NCBI GenBank assembly: GCA_004431415.1
Contig: QPMI01000254.1
Location: 1-64,000 of the forward strand
DNA from: Cyanophora paradoxa CCMP329
Taxonomy: Eukaryota; Plantae; Glaucophyta
DNA: 64,000 bases
Reading direction: 5' to 3'
In this document: positions 9,795 to 22,674 of the stretch, piece after piece
Layout of the letters: every line of letters begins with the position of its first letter
Numbering within the stretch: position 1 is the first letter of the stretch
Translations under genes and position numbers: made by a program
The notes under the pieces: generated by a model
Seen by the model: only the letters and a program-made list of their open reading frames with translations
Database searches by the model: none
Told to the model about the DNA's origin: nothing

Positions 9795-11047
9795 CTAGGC
9801 CATGGGGTCGGGGGCGGCGGGGGAGGGGGAGGGCGGGGGCCGGTAGAGGCCGGCGCGGGCGATGTAGGCGACGACGGGGTCCGGGGTCAGGTACTTGATC
9901 GAGCGGCCCCGCGCCACGTTCTCCCGCACCTGCGGGGGGTACCGGGTCAGCAGCGGGAGGGTGGGGTACCGCCGCCGGGCCGGGGCGGGGCGGGGCGGGC
10001 CCTGGTGGAGGAGAGGGAGGAGGCGAGCCAGTCGTCGACGAGGGCGATATTGGCGGCCATGCGCCGCAGCAGCGGGTGCGCGGCGACGAGGGCCCCCGCG
10101 TCCAGCCCCGGCCGGCAGATCACCGCCACCCCGAACTCCTCCAGCAGCCGCACAAGCTGGCGGGGGGGAGGGGGAGGGGGGGGGGGGGGGGGGGGGGCAT
10201 CAGGAGGGGGGGAAGAGGAGCACGGGGGGTACGGGGTGCGGACCAGGTCCTCCTGCCAGACGCCCGGGCGGGTCATGGACTCGAGGAGGTCGGCCCCGGA
10301 GAGCAGCTTTACCGCCACCGACACTGCCCGCCCGGTGAGCAAGTGCGGCTCGGAGCCGGGCCGGGCGGGCGGGGCGCACGGCCGTGGGCGGCCTGGAGCT
10401 CGTCCCGCACGTGGGCGAGCACGCGCGCCGTCCGCACGTACTCGCCCTGCCGGCTCTCCCAGTCGTCCACCTGCGCTCCTCGGCTCGGGGGCGCGCCGCG
10501 GCTGCCGCAGGCCGGGGCGCGCACCATGATCCAGTCGGAGTCCTGCACGGCGAGGCGGCACATCTCCAGCCGGTGCCGCGCCGGCGCCAGGCCCTGCGGC
10601 CAGCCTCGGCGCGGTCCTCCCGCGGGCGGGTGGAGCGTGGGGAGCGCGCCTCCTTTCGGTACGCGTCGTTGACCGGGGAGAGGTAGCCGCCGATGACGCG
10701 GAAGCCCAGCGCGTTCTCCATCCAGTCCTTCCCGATCTCTGCGCGCCCCTTAGAGGCTCCCGTGCCGATCGGGGGCTGCGGCGCGCGCCCATCATCCGCA
10801 GGTGCATGTACGTCACCGGGCTGAACGACCCGCAGGCCACCAGCACCAGCGGCTGGCCCGTACACATGTCCCCGTCCTCTGCGCCGCATTATAGCTCCGG
10901 CATCAGCGCCGATCGGCCGGCGGCGCACGGTCAGCGGGTGCCTCGAGCCATAGCTTGTCAGTTGGCAGCTGGTACGGCGGCGCCGCTGCGCGCCGATCGT
11001 CAGACTAGGCGCGCCGGACCACCGCGTAGGCCTCGAAGCGCGCCCAT
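9795..11047 (-). CDS. NMNAT: Nicotinamide/nicotinate mononucleotide adenylyltransferase
   Basis: Motifs LVACGSFSPVTYMHLRMM, GYLSPVNDAYRK, HRLEMCRLAV, VDDWES, KLLSGADLLESM, SLSST|RVR, SIKYLTPDPVVAYI. N-terminus MAAPYQLPTDKL inferred with a first coding exon of ATGG. Confidence 0.92.
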
Positions 11048-11133
11048 GTGCCGGGATGTCGATTGCGACAGACGCCGACAGTGGTTCGGGGGATACTGCG
11101 GGTCGGGCCAATTCGCAACAGCCAAGTTCGGCC

Positions 11134-12695
11134 ATGCCGGTGGAAGAAGCGGCCCCGCCGGCGGAGGCGGGCCCCAGCGGCGCCGCGGAGACGCCGCACT
11201 ACACCTTGCCAAACGTAGCATCGAGTGCGCGGGGGCCCGCGCCGCCCGCAACGGTCTTAGCTAAGCCTGGGCGCTGCATGCGCAGTCCTCCCAGAGTACG
11301 TCAATGCGGAGCAGGATTGCATCCGGCAGGTCTTCTCTGTCGGCAACTTCGCGCACTTCTCGCTGCTGCCGGCGGAGATCCGGCCAAACTTCGTCAACAG
11401 AACGCGCGCTAGCATGCAGGAGATCAACAGGACGTCGTTCCAGGGCTACCAAGTCGCCACGAAGCCGTTCGTCCCCTCCAAGGGGGTGCGCCCGCCTCCG
11501 AGCGCCGCCCCGCCGCGCCCCCGGAGCCGCCGCCCCGCCGCGCCGCGCCGCCGCGGCGCTGAGGCTGCGCGGGGCGGGGGCGCAGGGGAAGTACCCGCTG
11601 TTCCAGGAGTTCGAGTACCGGCCGTCGGAGTACACGCTGGCGGACGAGCTGGCCAAGGCGGAGCGCATCGAGAGCGACCAGAAGCGCATCCACAGCCAGG
11701 ACTTCATCCCCGCCGACAGCAGGGCCCGCCCCGCCCCTCCCCGCCCCGCCCCGCCGGCGCCGCGCTCGCCGAGGCGCCGGGGCGCGCAGGTGAAGCAGAA
11801 GCAGGACGACGCGTTCCACGTGGACAACTCGCGCTTCCCCTTCCCCTACCTCGGCCTCCACGGCACGAACCCCTACGAGGCCGCCGACGACGACGCGCAG
11901 CGCCAGGCCTGGTCCGCTCGGCCTCGCCCCCTGATTTGCTTTGCTTCGAGCCGGGGCGGGGCCAGGCTGCAGAAGATGCTGGCGGAGCAGGCGCAGCCGG
12001 GGCACAAGTTCGTGCCCTCGGGGGCGAGGCCCGACTGGGACAAGCCCTCGCGCCTGCTGCTGCCCGAGATCCTGCGCTCCCTCCACGCCCTCCTCGTCGC
12101 CGACTGGCCCGACCACACCTTCGTCGTCGAGAGCGCGCCCCTCCCCTCCCCTGCCCTGGCCTCAGCTGCGCTCCCCTCTGACCCCGGGGGGCCGGCGCCC
12201 GGTGCGCGCGCGCGCAGGCGACGGGAACGAGCTGATCGCGGTGCGCTTCGCGGCGGCGGGGCTCGAGAGCGCCAAGGGCCTCACCACCTACATGAACATC
12301 ATGGCCAAGTGCAACTGTCCGCCCCTGCGAAGCACCTGCCCCGCCGGCCCCCTCTCACGCGCCTGGCAGCGGAGGTGGTGACGAAGTACGGGCTGACGCG
12401 GCTGGTGGACAAGTGGGGGGTGCAGGCGGAGGGCTTCCTCACCTTCACCTTCAAGCCGCCCTGGGTGCACCTGCGGGCCAGCGACGCCTACTTCGCCCTG
12501 AACCCCCAGGAGCGCCTCTTCCTGGGCTCCGGGAGCCAGGGGGCGGCCTCGCTGGCGGGGGCCTCCTCCAAGCGCTCCCTCGGGGAGGAGCCCGAGCCCA
12601 TTCCCGAGGAGGGCCCCGAGGCCGCCCCCGGGGGCCCCGGCCCCGCCGGCCCCGCCCCCGAGCCCGCCCCTCCCCCGGGCCCCACCCCTCACTAG
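11134..12695 (+). CDS. Uncharacterised protein, ~6 introns
   Basis: Continuous spliced frame with ordinary protein composition (KYPLFQEFEYRPSEYTLADEL...LLPEILRSLHALLVADWP...GLTTYMNIMAK...FTFKPPWV); no family recognised. Confidence 0.7.
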
Positions 12696-13249
12696 GCCCC
12701 CCTTCTCTTCCCCGCCCCACCCCCTCCTCCCTGCTTCCCCCCACATCCTCCAGCCCTCTGCGCCATATTCCTTGCCTCGCACTCCAATCCCCCTCCCCAC
12801 GGCCAGTTTTACCTCCCGTCCCGCTGCCCCCAGCCCTTCTTCCAGTGTACCCTCCAAATATTTCATCTTCGGAATTCCTTGCCTCGGCTGATCATCTCGC
12901 CACACGGGGCGATCTTCGCCGACATCCCCGTGAAGCTGCGCCCATGGCCACGCGCGCGCAGCTGCGCCCTGCACCTGGCGCGCGTGTTGTCTGCTCCGGC
13001 TGCCAGCGCTCGGCGCAGCGAATGCGCGGGCGCCCAATACGAGACAGCGACAGCGCGACAGTGAGACGCCACGTAGCACGAGCTCGAGGCGGCGCGAGAC
13101 TGCGCATGCCGCGAATTCGAAAGTGTGTGATTCGCCAGCGGGGTACAGTCACTCGAATTCAGGGAACTTGGCCCGCGGCCGGCGCAGACTCCGCGGACTC
13201 GATCGGAGACTCCCGGCGCAGGAATTAAGGGCGCAAGAACGAAGAGAGC

Positions 13250-15641
13250 ATGACATCGGCGACGTACTGGAGCACCGACAGCTCGGCGACCGCAGAGCCG
13301 CGAGGCCTCGGAAATCGAGCATTGTACGACTGGCTGCCGGGCGATGAGTCCACACTGACGCGTACGCGCGCCCTCCCGCGCGAGTCTCCCATTAAGCTCA
13401 AGCCTCCTGCAGAGCTCTGGGACGGCTACCTCGCAATGCTCATCTTAAGCTGCACGCTGTTCTGCTTCCAGGCGCTTCTTCTCGCGCGCCATAAGGAGCA
13501 CGGCGGGGTGCGGGTTCCGCACGCGCGCTCGGCTCGATTTTCGCCTCGACTCGGGCGTGCGCGCGGCTCGTCCCGGCAGGTTGTCTCTGTTCTGCAGCTC
13601 GCGATATTCGTCCCTCTGCTCGCGGGCATCGGGCGGGATGCCTTCGGCATGGCGTTCCTGTCGTCCTGCCACCTCCGCACCGGGCAGGGTGCTCGCCGGC
13701 TCGCGCCTTAGCTAGCTCGCCGTGCGATCCGATCTCGCCGCGCAGCGTGCAGCGACGGCCTCGCTTGGGCCTTTGCCTGCCTGCAGGCCCTCACTGAGGT
13801 GCGCCGGCGCCTTCCCGCTGACGCCGGGCGCCGAGTCGACGCCCCCGCAGGCGCTCAACATCGCGCTCCTTATGTACATGAGCCGCGGCTGGAAGACCAC
13901 GCGCCCGTCCCTATATCACTGGGATCACGCGCGCCCGCGCCCCGCGCCCTCACCCGTCCTTCCGTCGATCGCCGCTACCGCCGGCGCAGATGTTCATATG
14001 GGCCCTCGCGGGCGCCGCCGCCGCCTTCTCCCTCTGCTCCGCCGCCGTCGACGCACTCTTCGGCGCGCCCCGTCCGCCGCGCCGGGCTCAGCGGCTGGGC
14101 CGCGCGGCGCGCCGGGCCGTGCCGTGCCGAGCGGGCGGCGCGCGTGCGCAGGAATCGGGCAGGTCTTCGTGTACGCCGCCGGCTTAGCCCTAACCTTTAA
14201 CTTCACACAAGATACTCTTCGCGTCCTCAAGGCGCCCCCGCCCGCCCGGCCCCGCCCGCCCCGCCCGCCCCGACCGGGGCCGCGAGCCCGGGGCCCGCCC
14301 TCGCTCACCTTCCGGACCCGGCCGCGCACGCCGCGCAGGGCCAGCTGCTGCTGATACGGGAGCACGGGGTGGACCCGCGGACGACCCCCGCCCACAAGAA
14401 GTACAACCTCTTCAAGCGCGTCCATCCCCTTCCTCCCCTCTGATCCGATCCGATCCGATCTGAGCGCGGGCAGGGCCTTCCGCCTCACGGCCTCGACCTA
14501 CTTCGGGCTCTCCCTCGCCCTGCAGCTCATCTTCCGCGCCGCCCTCGCCTGGCCGATGCACTACTCCATCTTCCAGGTCCCTCCGCCCCGCCCCGCCCCG
14601 CCCCGCCGGTGTCGCCCGCCGGCGCTGACCCCGCACGCCCTCCCCGTCCCGAATGCAGGCCGGCGTCGACCTCGTTCTCTACGCGGTCCTCTGGAGCGCC
14701 CCGCCGGCCCCCGCCCGCCCGCCCCGCCCGCCGCCGCTCACGGCTCGCGGGGCGCGCAGCGTCATCTTCCGCTTCCGCAAGCGGTGCCCGGTCTTCACGC
14801 GCCTCCCCGCCGTCCGCATCGGCGCCGCCCGCCGCGCCAGCGCCCTCCGCCAGGCGCCCTCCCACGCCGTCCGCCCGCCTCGCGTGCGCTGAGGGCTCCG
14901 GCGCGGCAGGCGCGGCTGGCATCCGAGGCGGAGGTGCTGGGCGAGGGCGAGGGCCCCGCGGGCGCCCAGGAGGGCTCCCGCGCCGTCCTCCGCGCCTGGA
15001 ACCCGGGCGAGGGCCTCGTGCGCCCCCGGCCCCGTCCCCTCCCGAGCGCGTGCGCGTCGCCCGGGCCGACGGGGCCGGCCGGGGCGGCAGCCGGAGGCGC
15101 CGTACACGATCCTGGTGGAGAACCCCGGGGCCAAGGAGGCGGCCGGCGTGCCCATCTCCGGCATCCAGCTCGCCACGGTCTCCGCCGCGCCGGCCACGCC
15201 CGAGCTCGACCCCGAGGCGGCGGCCGCGGCGGGGCCGGGCCCGCGGCGGCCGTCGCTGTCGCCGGAGCTGGCGGGGGAGGTGGTGGCGGGGCACCGCGCG
15301 GGCCGCGTGGCCGGCCTGAGCCTGAGCCCGCTGCCCGAGCCCCGCTTCGAGCTCGGCGAGCCCGGCGACTTCCCCGAGCTGGGGCCCCTGGACCCCGCCT
15401 CGCGCCCCGCCGCCGGCCCCGCGCCCCGCCCCGCCCTCCTCAGCCCCTGGCCTCCGGCCGGCCCTCCCGGCCCCTCGGCACCGACCTCCCCGTCCCTCGC
15501 TGCGGACTCGGGCGAGGAGCTCAGCAGCGTCGTCGTGGCGGCCAGCGCAGCAGAGACGCCTACGCCTGCCCCGGGCAAGCGCTCCCCGTCGCCCCCACCC
15601 AGCCCGCGCTCCGGCCGCCCCGCCGACGCGAGCGAGGAATA
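13250..15641 (+). CDS. Multi-pass (about 7 TM) membrane protein, GOST/GPR107/intimal-thickness-receptor-like
   Basis: Several hydrophobic helices; LLMYMSRGWKTTRPSL and KGQLLLIREHGVDPRTTPAHKKYNLFKAFR segments; ~11 introns. Family call is from recalled motif resemblance only. Confidence 0.6.
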
Positions 15642-16265
15642 GCACCTCCAGGTTGCCCTGAGCACATAGCGCTAGACTTTGAACGCATTGCTTTAGTTTA
15701 GTGTAGTCCGCGCTAGCTGCAGTTATTTTCAAGTGCGCGCGCTCAAGCAGACGTTGCTATAGTCTTGTACATGTATACGCAACGTTAACTACGACATCCA
15801 GTCCTGAGCGCGAGCGTGCGCGTTGAGCTTGAGCTCGAGCTCGAGCGCTAGCCGACTATAGCTAGCGCGCGCCGTAAGCTGGCACTTGCCCAAGATCGAA
15901 CTCAAGGCGAGCGCCAGCGCCGCGCACACGTGGATCCCGGATCCGGACGTCGCATCAGCGCGCTAGCAGCGAAGATGAGCTGGCGGCGCCAGCTCGATCG
16001 CGAGTTGAAGGCAAGCTGCCACGGGTATCGGTGGTGAAGGGGTCCGGGTACGGTGTTGGACAAGATCGCAACAGAGTGGCTCAGTCTAAGTTTAGACGGT
16101 GCGCTTTGCTGGGTCATCGCGTGCTCTTCTTGGTCGCTCACTTGTTGCCTCGGCGACACGCTTGTACAGACCAAACTCTTCACAGTCCTCAACCACCGAC
16201 GTGAGCGCCCGCCCGCCCGCGATGGTTTTTTGAACCGCGGATGGCCGCCTCCCGCCATCCCCTAG

Positions 16266-17987
<1,722 letters not shown>

Positions 17988-18378
17988 GCGTCTTGCTAGC
18001 GTCTCTTTGGGTTAGCCGCGTGCTGGCCCGCCCTGTCGGATGTGGACCACGGGTAGTACGGTCGTTGCGCTTGAATGTCTCAATCAGAAGGAACCTGCAC
18101 CCTATCCTGTCTCGTTGCGGTGGTTGGGAGGCCGGGCGGGGCGGGTTGTTTTTTGCATGCGTATAGCAACCGGAAGCTGTTAGCCTAGACCCTATGTCGT
18201 GGGACAACGAAGCGATCGAATGTTGGGGGTGAGGAGTGCGAGCGTCAGACAGTGAGATTGCAGCCTTGTACAGAGCAAAGCACACTGCTGCACACGCAGG
18301 GTTGGAACGTGGAAGGTGCTGTCTAGCCGCTAGTCTGCACTACCAGGCGCCCTGCTGGGGGGGGGGGGATCAAATTTT

Positions 18379-20368
18379 ATGCGAGCCAGACCGCAGGCGC
18401 CCGGCAAGCTGGATCCCGTCCCGCACGTAGAGGTCAGCTTAGGAGTTACCTTTGAAGCATCTGTATCGGGCGACTATATCATCTACGCTCTTGGTGCGGT
18501 TGACGCAGAAGCCGGCGCGGCCGGCGATAGCGCCGCCTCCGACTGGTGCGCAAACACTTTGTCAATGCCCTTGAGCTCATTGCAACTGATTACGACGACC
18601 GTACGGCAGCGGGGAGCTCCAGCTCGAGCTGCTGGTGGATAAGACCGAGGCTCGCGTTGAAGTCCAGTCCTGGCGGCGCGAGACCGCAGACCGCGCGTCG
18701 ATCAGCTTGGAATTTACCAGCGATGTGCTGTTCGGGCGCGCCCTTTGGATGCGGGCTGGCGTGCGCCTCACCGCCTTCTCCGAGCGGTTCGTACCAGTCG
18801 GCGGCGCCCCGCTTCCGGATCGGGCGCGAGCGGCCTCACATGCGCGAGCAGATGCGCTCCGCTCACGGTGGTCCTGCTCCGTGAACGCGACGACGAGTTC
18901 TCTCGGACGCACTTCCGCGTGAACACCAAGCGCTCCTGGGCCTGCCCGGCGTGCCTGCGGGCCTTCGCCGACGCGGCGGGCGCCCGCCGCCACTGGAGCG
19001 CGGTCCACGGCGACAGCGAGGACCGCAAGGCGCTCGGTGCGTGGGCGCTCCCGGCCGAGGCGCAGGAGCTCGAGCCGGCGGCCGCGGAGGCGGCGGAGGC
19101 CCCAGCGGAGGAGCCGGCGGCCGCGGCGATCGCGCAGGACGACGAGTACGGGGCCGTGCAGCCGGCCTTCTCTCTCTCTCCGGCGGCCTCGTCCGGCGCC
19201 GGCATCATGCCGGCCGCCTTCGCTGCCGAGGACCTCTGCCCCTCCGACGATGCCCTCGACCGGGCCAGCTTTGCCCTCCACCTCAAGCGGACGGCCCAGC
19301 CCAGAGGCGCGCTCCCGCAGGGCGATACCGAGCGCGGCCCCGAGGAGGAGGAGGCGGCGGCGGCGCCGGGTGAGCTGCGGTGCGGGGAGTGCCAGCGAGA
19401 GTTCCGGACGGCGGGGGGCCTGGCCTCGCACGAGCGGCTGGCGCTGCACGCGGCGTGCCCCGTCTGCGCGCACCGCTTCCGAAGCGCCGCCGGTTGCCGC
19501 CACCATCTCCTCCACAGGCACCGGCCCCTCCTCCGCTCCCTCCTCCCGCGCCCCGAGCCGCCCGCCCCCTGCCCCGACGCCCCCGGCGCGCCTCCGGAAG
19601 AGGACGGCGCGGGGCCGGCGCCGGCGGCCCCCGAGGTGCCGGCGACGGGCGTGGCGAGCCTCGTGCGGGCCGCGCGGGCCGCCGCCGGCCTGCCCCTCGA
19701 CGAGGCCCCCGCCCCCAGCAGGCTGCCGGTGTTGCCACGGCGCCGGCCCAGCAGACGCAGGGCCGCCAGCACCAAGCCCCGAGGTCGGACGCCGTCGGCC
19801 CGTCGGCGGCCGCCCGCGGTTGACGACGTGTGCGGCAGGAGGTGGCGGAGCGGAGGCGGCGGGAGCGGCGGCTGCGGCGGCTACGGCAGGCGGAGAACGA
19901 CAAGCGGCGCGCGCAGGCGACGGCGCGCATCGGCGGCCTGGACCCGCGGGACGACGCCCTCACCGCCATGGAGCTGCCGGCCTTGCGGGCCCTCCTCGCC
20001 GCCTGCCCGCCCCACTTCCTCGCCGGCGGCAAGGCGCGCCCCGCGCCAAGCCCCGCCCCGCCCCGCCGACCCACCGGATGCGCCCCGCAGATCTCGAAGG
20101 ACGGGAGGCGGGTCTTCGGGCAGGCCCCCGGCAAGAGCGTGCAAGTCAGTAGATACGGCCGGCGGCGCGGACGCGGGCGCTCGGACTGGTGCGCCGCCCG
20201 CGAATCTAGCTCCGCGCCGCTAATGTCGGCCTGACGCGCCCCGCCCCCCTCCCGCAGGTGTCCCATCTGTTATGTGCGCCCTCCCCCTCCCGCCGCCCCG
20301 CCCGGCTCTCTCTCTTGTCTGCGCCCCGGTCGCCGCAACTGACGCGGCGCGCTCGCAGGAGCACGTGA

Positions 20369-20399
<31 letters not shown>

Positions 20400-22174
20400 C
20401 GTGGGGGCGCGGGGCGTGCAGCGAGCTGAGCCGACCGGGAGCGCAGGTGCCAGTCATCCCGCCGGCGACAAAGGTCGCGCACGGACACCTCTACGCCTAC
20501 AAGCACTACTGGCGCGCCCCGCCCCCGCCCCGCCGTCCCTAGGCCCCCGCGCCCGCGCGGCTGCATGGATGCTGAGCTCCACGCCTCCCTCGCCAGGTGC
20601 CCGATCTGCATGGGCAAGCGATTCGCGCACGCCTTCTCCCTGCGGCGCCACATCCGCGCCTGCCACCAGGTGCGGCCGCCCCGCCCCGCCCCGCCCCGGC
20701 GCGGCGCGGGGCCGTTCGAGGTCCCGGGCAGGGGCACGTGTCGGGGCGGAAGGAGGTGAGCGAGCTGGTGAACAAGTCGCACTACGCGTCGCCGTGGCGG
20801 GAGAAGCCGCGGGGCGGCTTCGCGCACCTCTCGCTGGACTTTATCAAGGCGCGCGCCGCCGAGGACCTCTTCCTCTCCGGCCGCTACCACAACCTCGTCC
20901 AGCTCATCGAGCCGCGCGCCCCTCCCACTCCGCGCCCGCCCCCTGCGCTTCCCCTCCCTTGACGCCGCGCGCCGCAGGGACCGCCTCCGCGCAATCGAGC
21001 CCATGCGTGGGTACACCTACAGCGTGGGGCGGGGACAGCGGGTGCGGACGGGCCACCTGCGGCTGCCGGCCGTGCAGGCGCCCATGGAGGCGCGCGTCAC
21101 GTCCGCACTCTGCCTCGCCGTCCTCCCCGGGGCCGGCGGCCTCGGCGACGAGGAGGGGTACGAGGCGATTCAGGCCGTCCGCCGCCGCTACGACCGCCAG
21201 GTCGACCGCTGGCCCCCGCACATCAACCTGTGCGCCCGCGCCGACCCGGCCCTGCCCCGCACCGCCGCCCCCGCCGACGCCCGGGCGCAGGCTGTACCCC
21301 TTCGGCCCCGAGGCGGGCTTCGAGCAGCTGCACGCGGCGCTCGTCCCGGAGCTCAGGTGCGGCCGGCCGCCCCGCTGCACGCCCCGCCCCGCGGCGCCCG
21401 CCGAACGAGCGCCGGGAACGAACGAGCAGGCCGATGGAGCCTTTCGATGTGACGCTGGACACCTTTGGCTTCTTCCAGCACGCCCAGTCCTGCACCCTCT
21501 TCCTCGCCCCTTCCAGCGAGGCGCCGCCCGCCCCGCCCGCCCCCCCGCCGTCCGCGTGGCGCCCCTCAACCCGCCGCAGGAGACGAAGGAGCTGCTCCGG
21601 AAGCTGCAGAGCAACTGCTACCACGTGCGCCGCCCGCCCGCCGCGCCCCGCTGGACCCCCGGCCCGGGCCGATCGCGACACGCGCGCTCTCCGCTGGACA
21701 GGCGTGCTCGCCGCTGGTGGCGATGAAGCCGGCGGACTTCAACGCGCACCTCACCGTCGGCCAGTTCCCCGCCGAGGAGGAGCTCCAGGCCGCCCTCGCC
21801 GCCCTCACCGTGCGCCCTCCCGCCCCGCCCCGCCCCGACCCGGCCATGCCCGCCGAGCCGGCCGGCCGGCTTGCGCCGCGCAGGCGTCGTGGGTGCCGGT
21901 GAGGGTGCGGGTGACGGGCGTGGCGATGATGGCGCGCCCTGCCGACGGCTCGGGGCCCTTCCGCCTCCTCCGCCAGGTCCCCCTCGAGGCCCTCGTCACC
22001 CTGGGCTCCACAAAGGCACCGGCCCCGGCCCCAGCTGCAGCGGCCCCGAAGCCGACCCCAACAGCGTCGACGGCGCCAGCCCTGGAGGCCCCGGCGCCGG
22101 CCGCGGCCCCTGCTCCGGAGGCCTCGAGCTCGAGCTCTGACGTCGACGGCGAGGAGTACTGGTGGCCAGACTAG
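18379..22174 (+). CDS. Multi-C2H2 zinc-finger protein with a C-terminal 2H-phosphoesterase (2'-5' RNA ligase-like) domain; 5' exon structure uncertain
   Basis: C2H2 motifs CPACLRAF..RRHWSAVH, CGECQREF..ASHERLALH, CPVCAHRF..HHLLHRH, CPICMGKRF..RRHIRACH. 2H domain SALCL...IQAVRRRYDRQVDRWPPHINL|LYPF...FNAHLTVGQF. Confidence 0.65.
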
Positions 22175-22206
22175 AGCTAATTAGCAACCTCTGTCGCTTG
22201 CTTAAA

Positions 22207-22674
22207 TTGCTTGCGCTCCTCCTCCATCGCACTGCTCGCTCCCGGAGTCCCTCAGGGCCTATTCCGCGGCCGCGGCTGCGCACTAGCGCTGCTGCGTCAA
22301 TTCTTGCGTCGGACGCCTTGCTGGTGCTGTGCCGTCGAGCGCTCCGAGCGCAGTCTTCCGCCAAGCCGTCGGACGGCCTCGGGGGTCGACGTCGCAGCTG
22401 CTGGCGAAGCCCCTCGCCGGAGTACCCCGCGCGGCCTGATGGCACCACTACGCCCAGTTTTGTCGTGGTTTCTCATCCCTCGTAGTCTAGCTGGTTAGGA
22501 TAACGCGCTCTCACCGCGTAGACCCGGGTTCAAGTCCCGGCGAGGGAATCTTTTTCGCCGCCAGTGACCGCGGTTCGAATCCCCGCAGGCCCACTTCTGC
22601 GGCGGCGGGGTTCGGAGCGCGCGCGGGCCCTCCGGCTCCCGATCGGGTTTTCGACCGTGAAGCGCTTGGCGACA
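22207..22674 (+). repeat. Direct duplicate of 25588-26037 (first codons and promoter of the RWD-RING gene plus tRNA-Glu)
   Basis: The two blocks align; the minus strand of this copy reads MEEERKQ, then diverges and stops. Confidence 0.9.
22476..22548 (+). tRNA. tRNA-Glu (anticodon CTC)
   Basis: Acceptor stem TCCCTCG...CGAGGGA, anticodon arm ACGCG-CT-CTC-AC-CGCGT, T arm CCGGG-TTCAAGT-CCCGG, followed by a TTTTT Pol III terminator. Confidence 0.97.

Noticed and set aside
22549-22674. Downstream element as 5S rRNA or a complete second tRNA
   Set aside because: No 5S sequence similarity on either strand, and no convincing D arm or anticodon arm.
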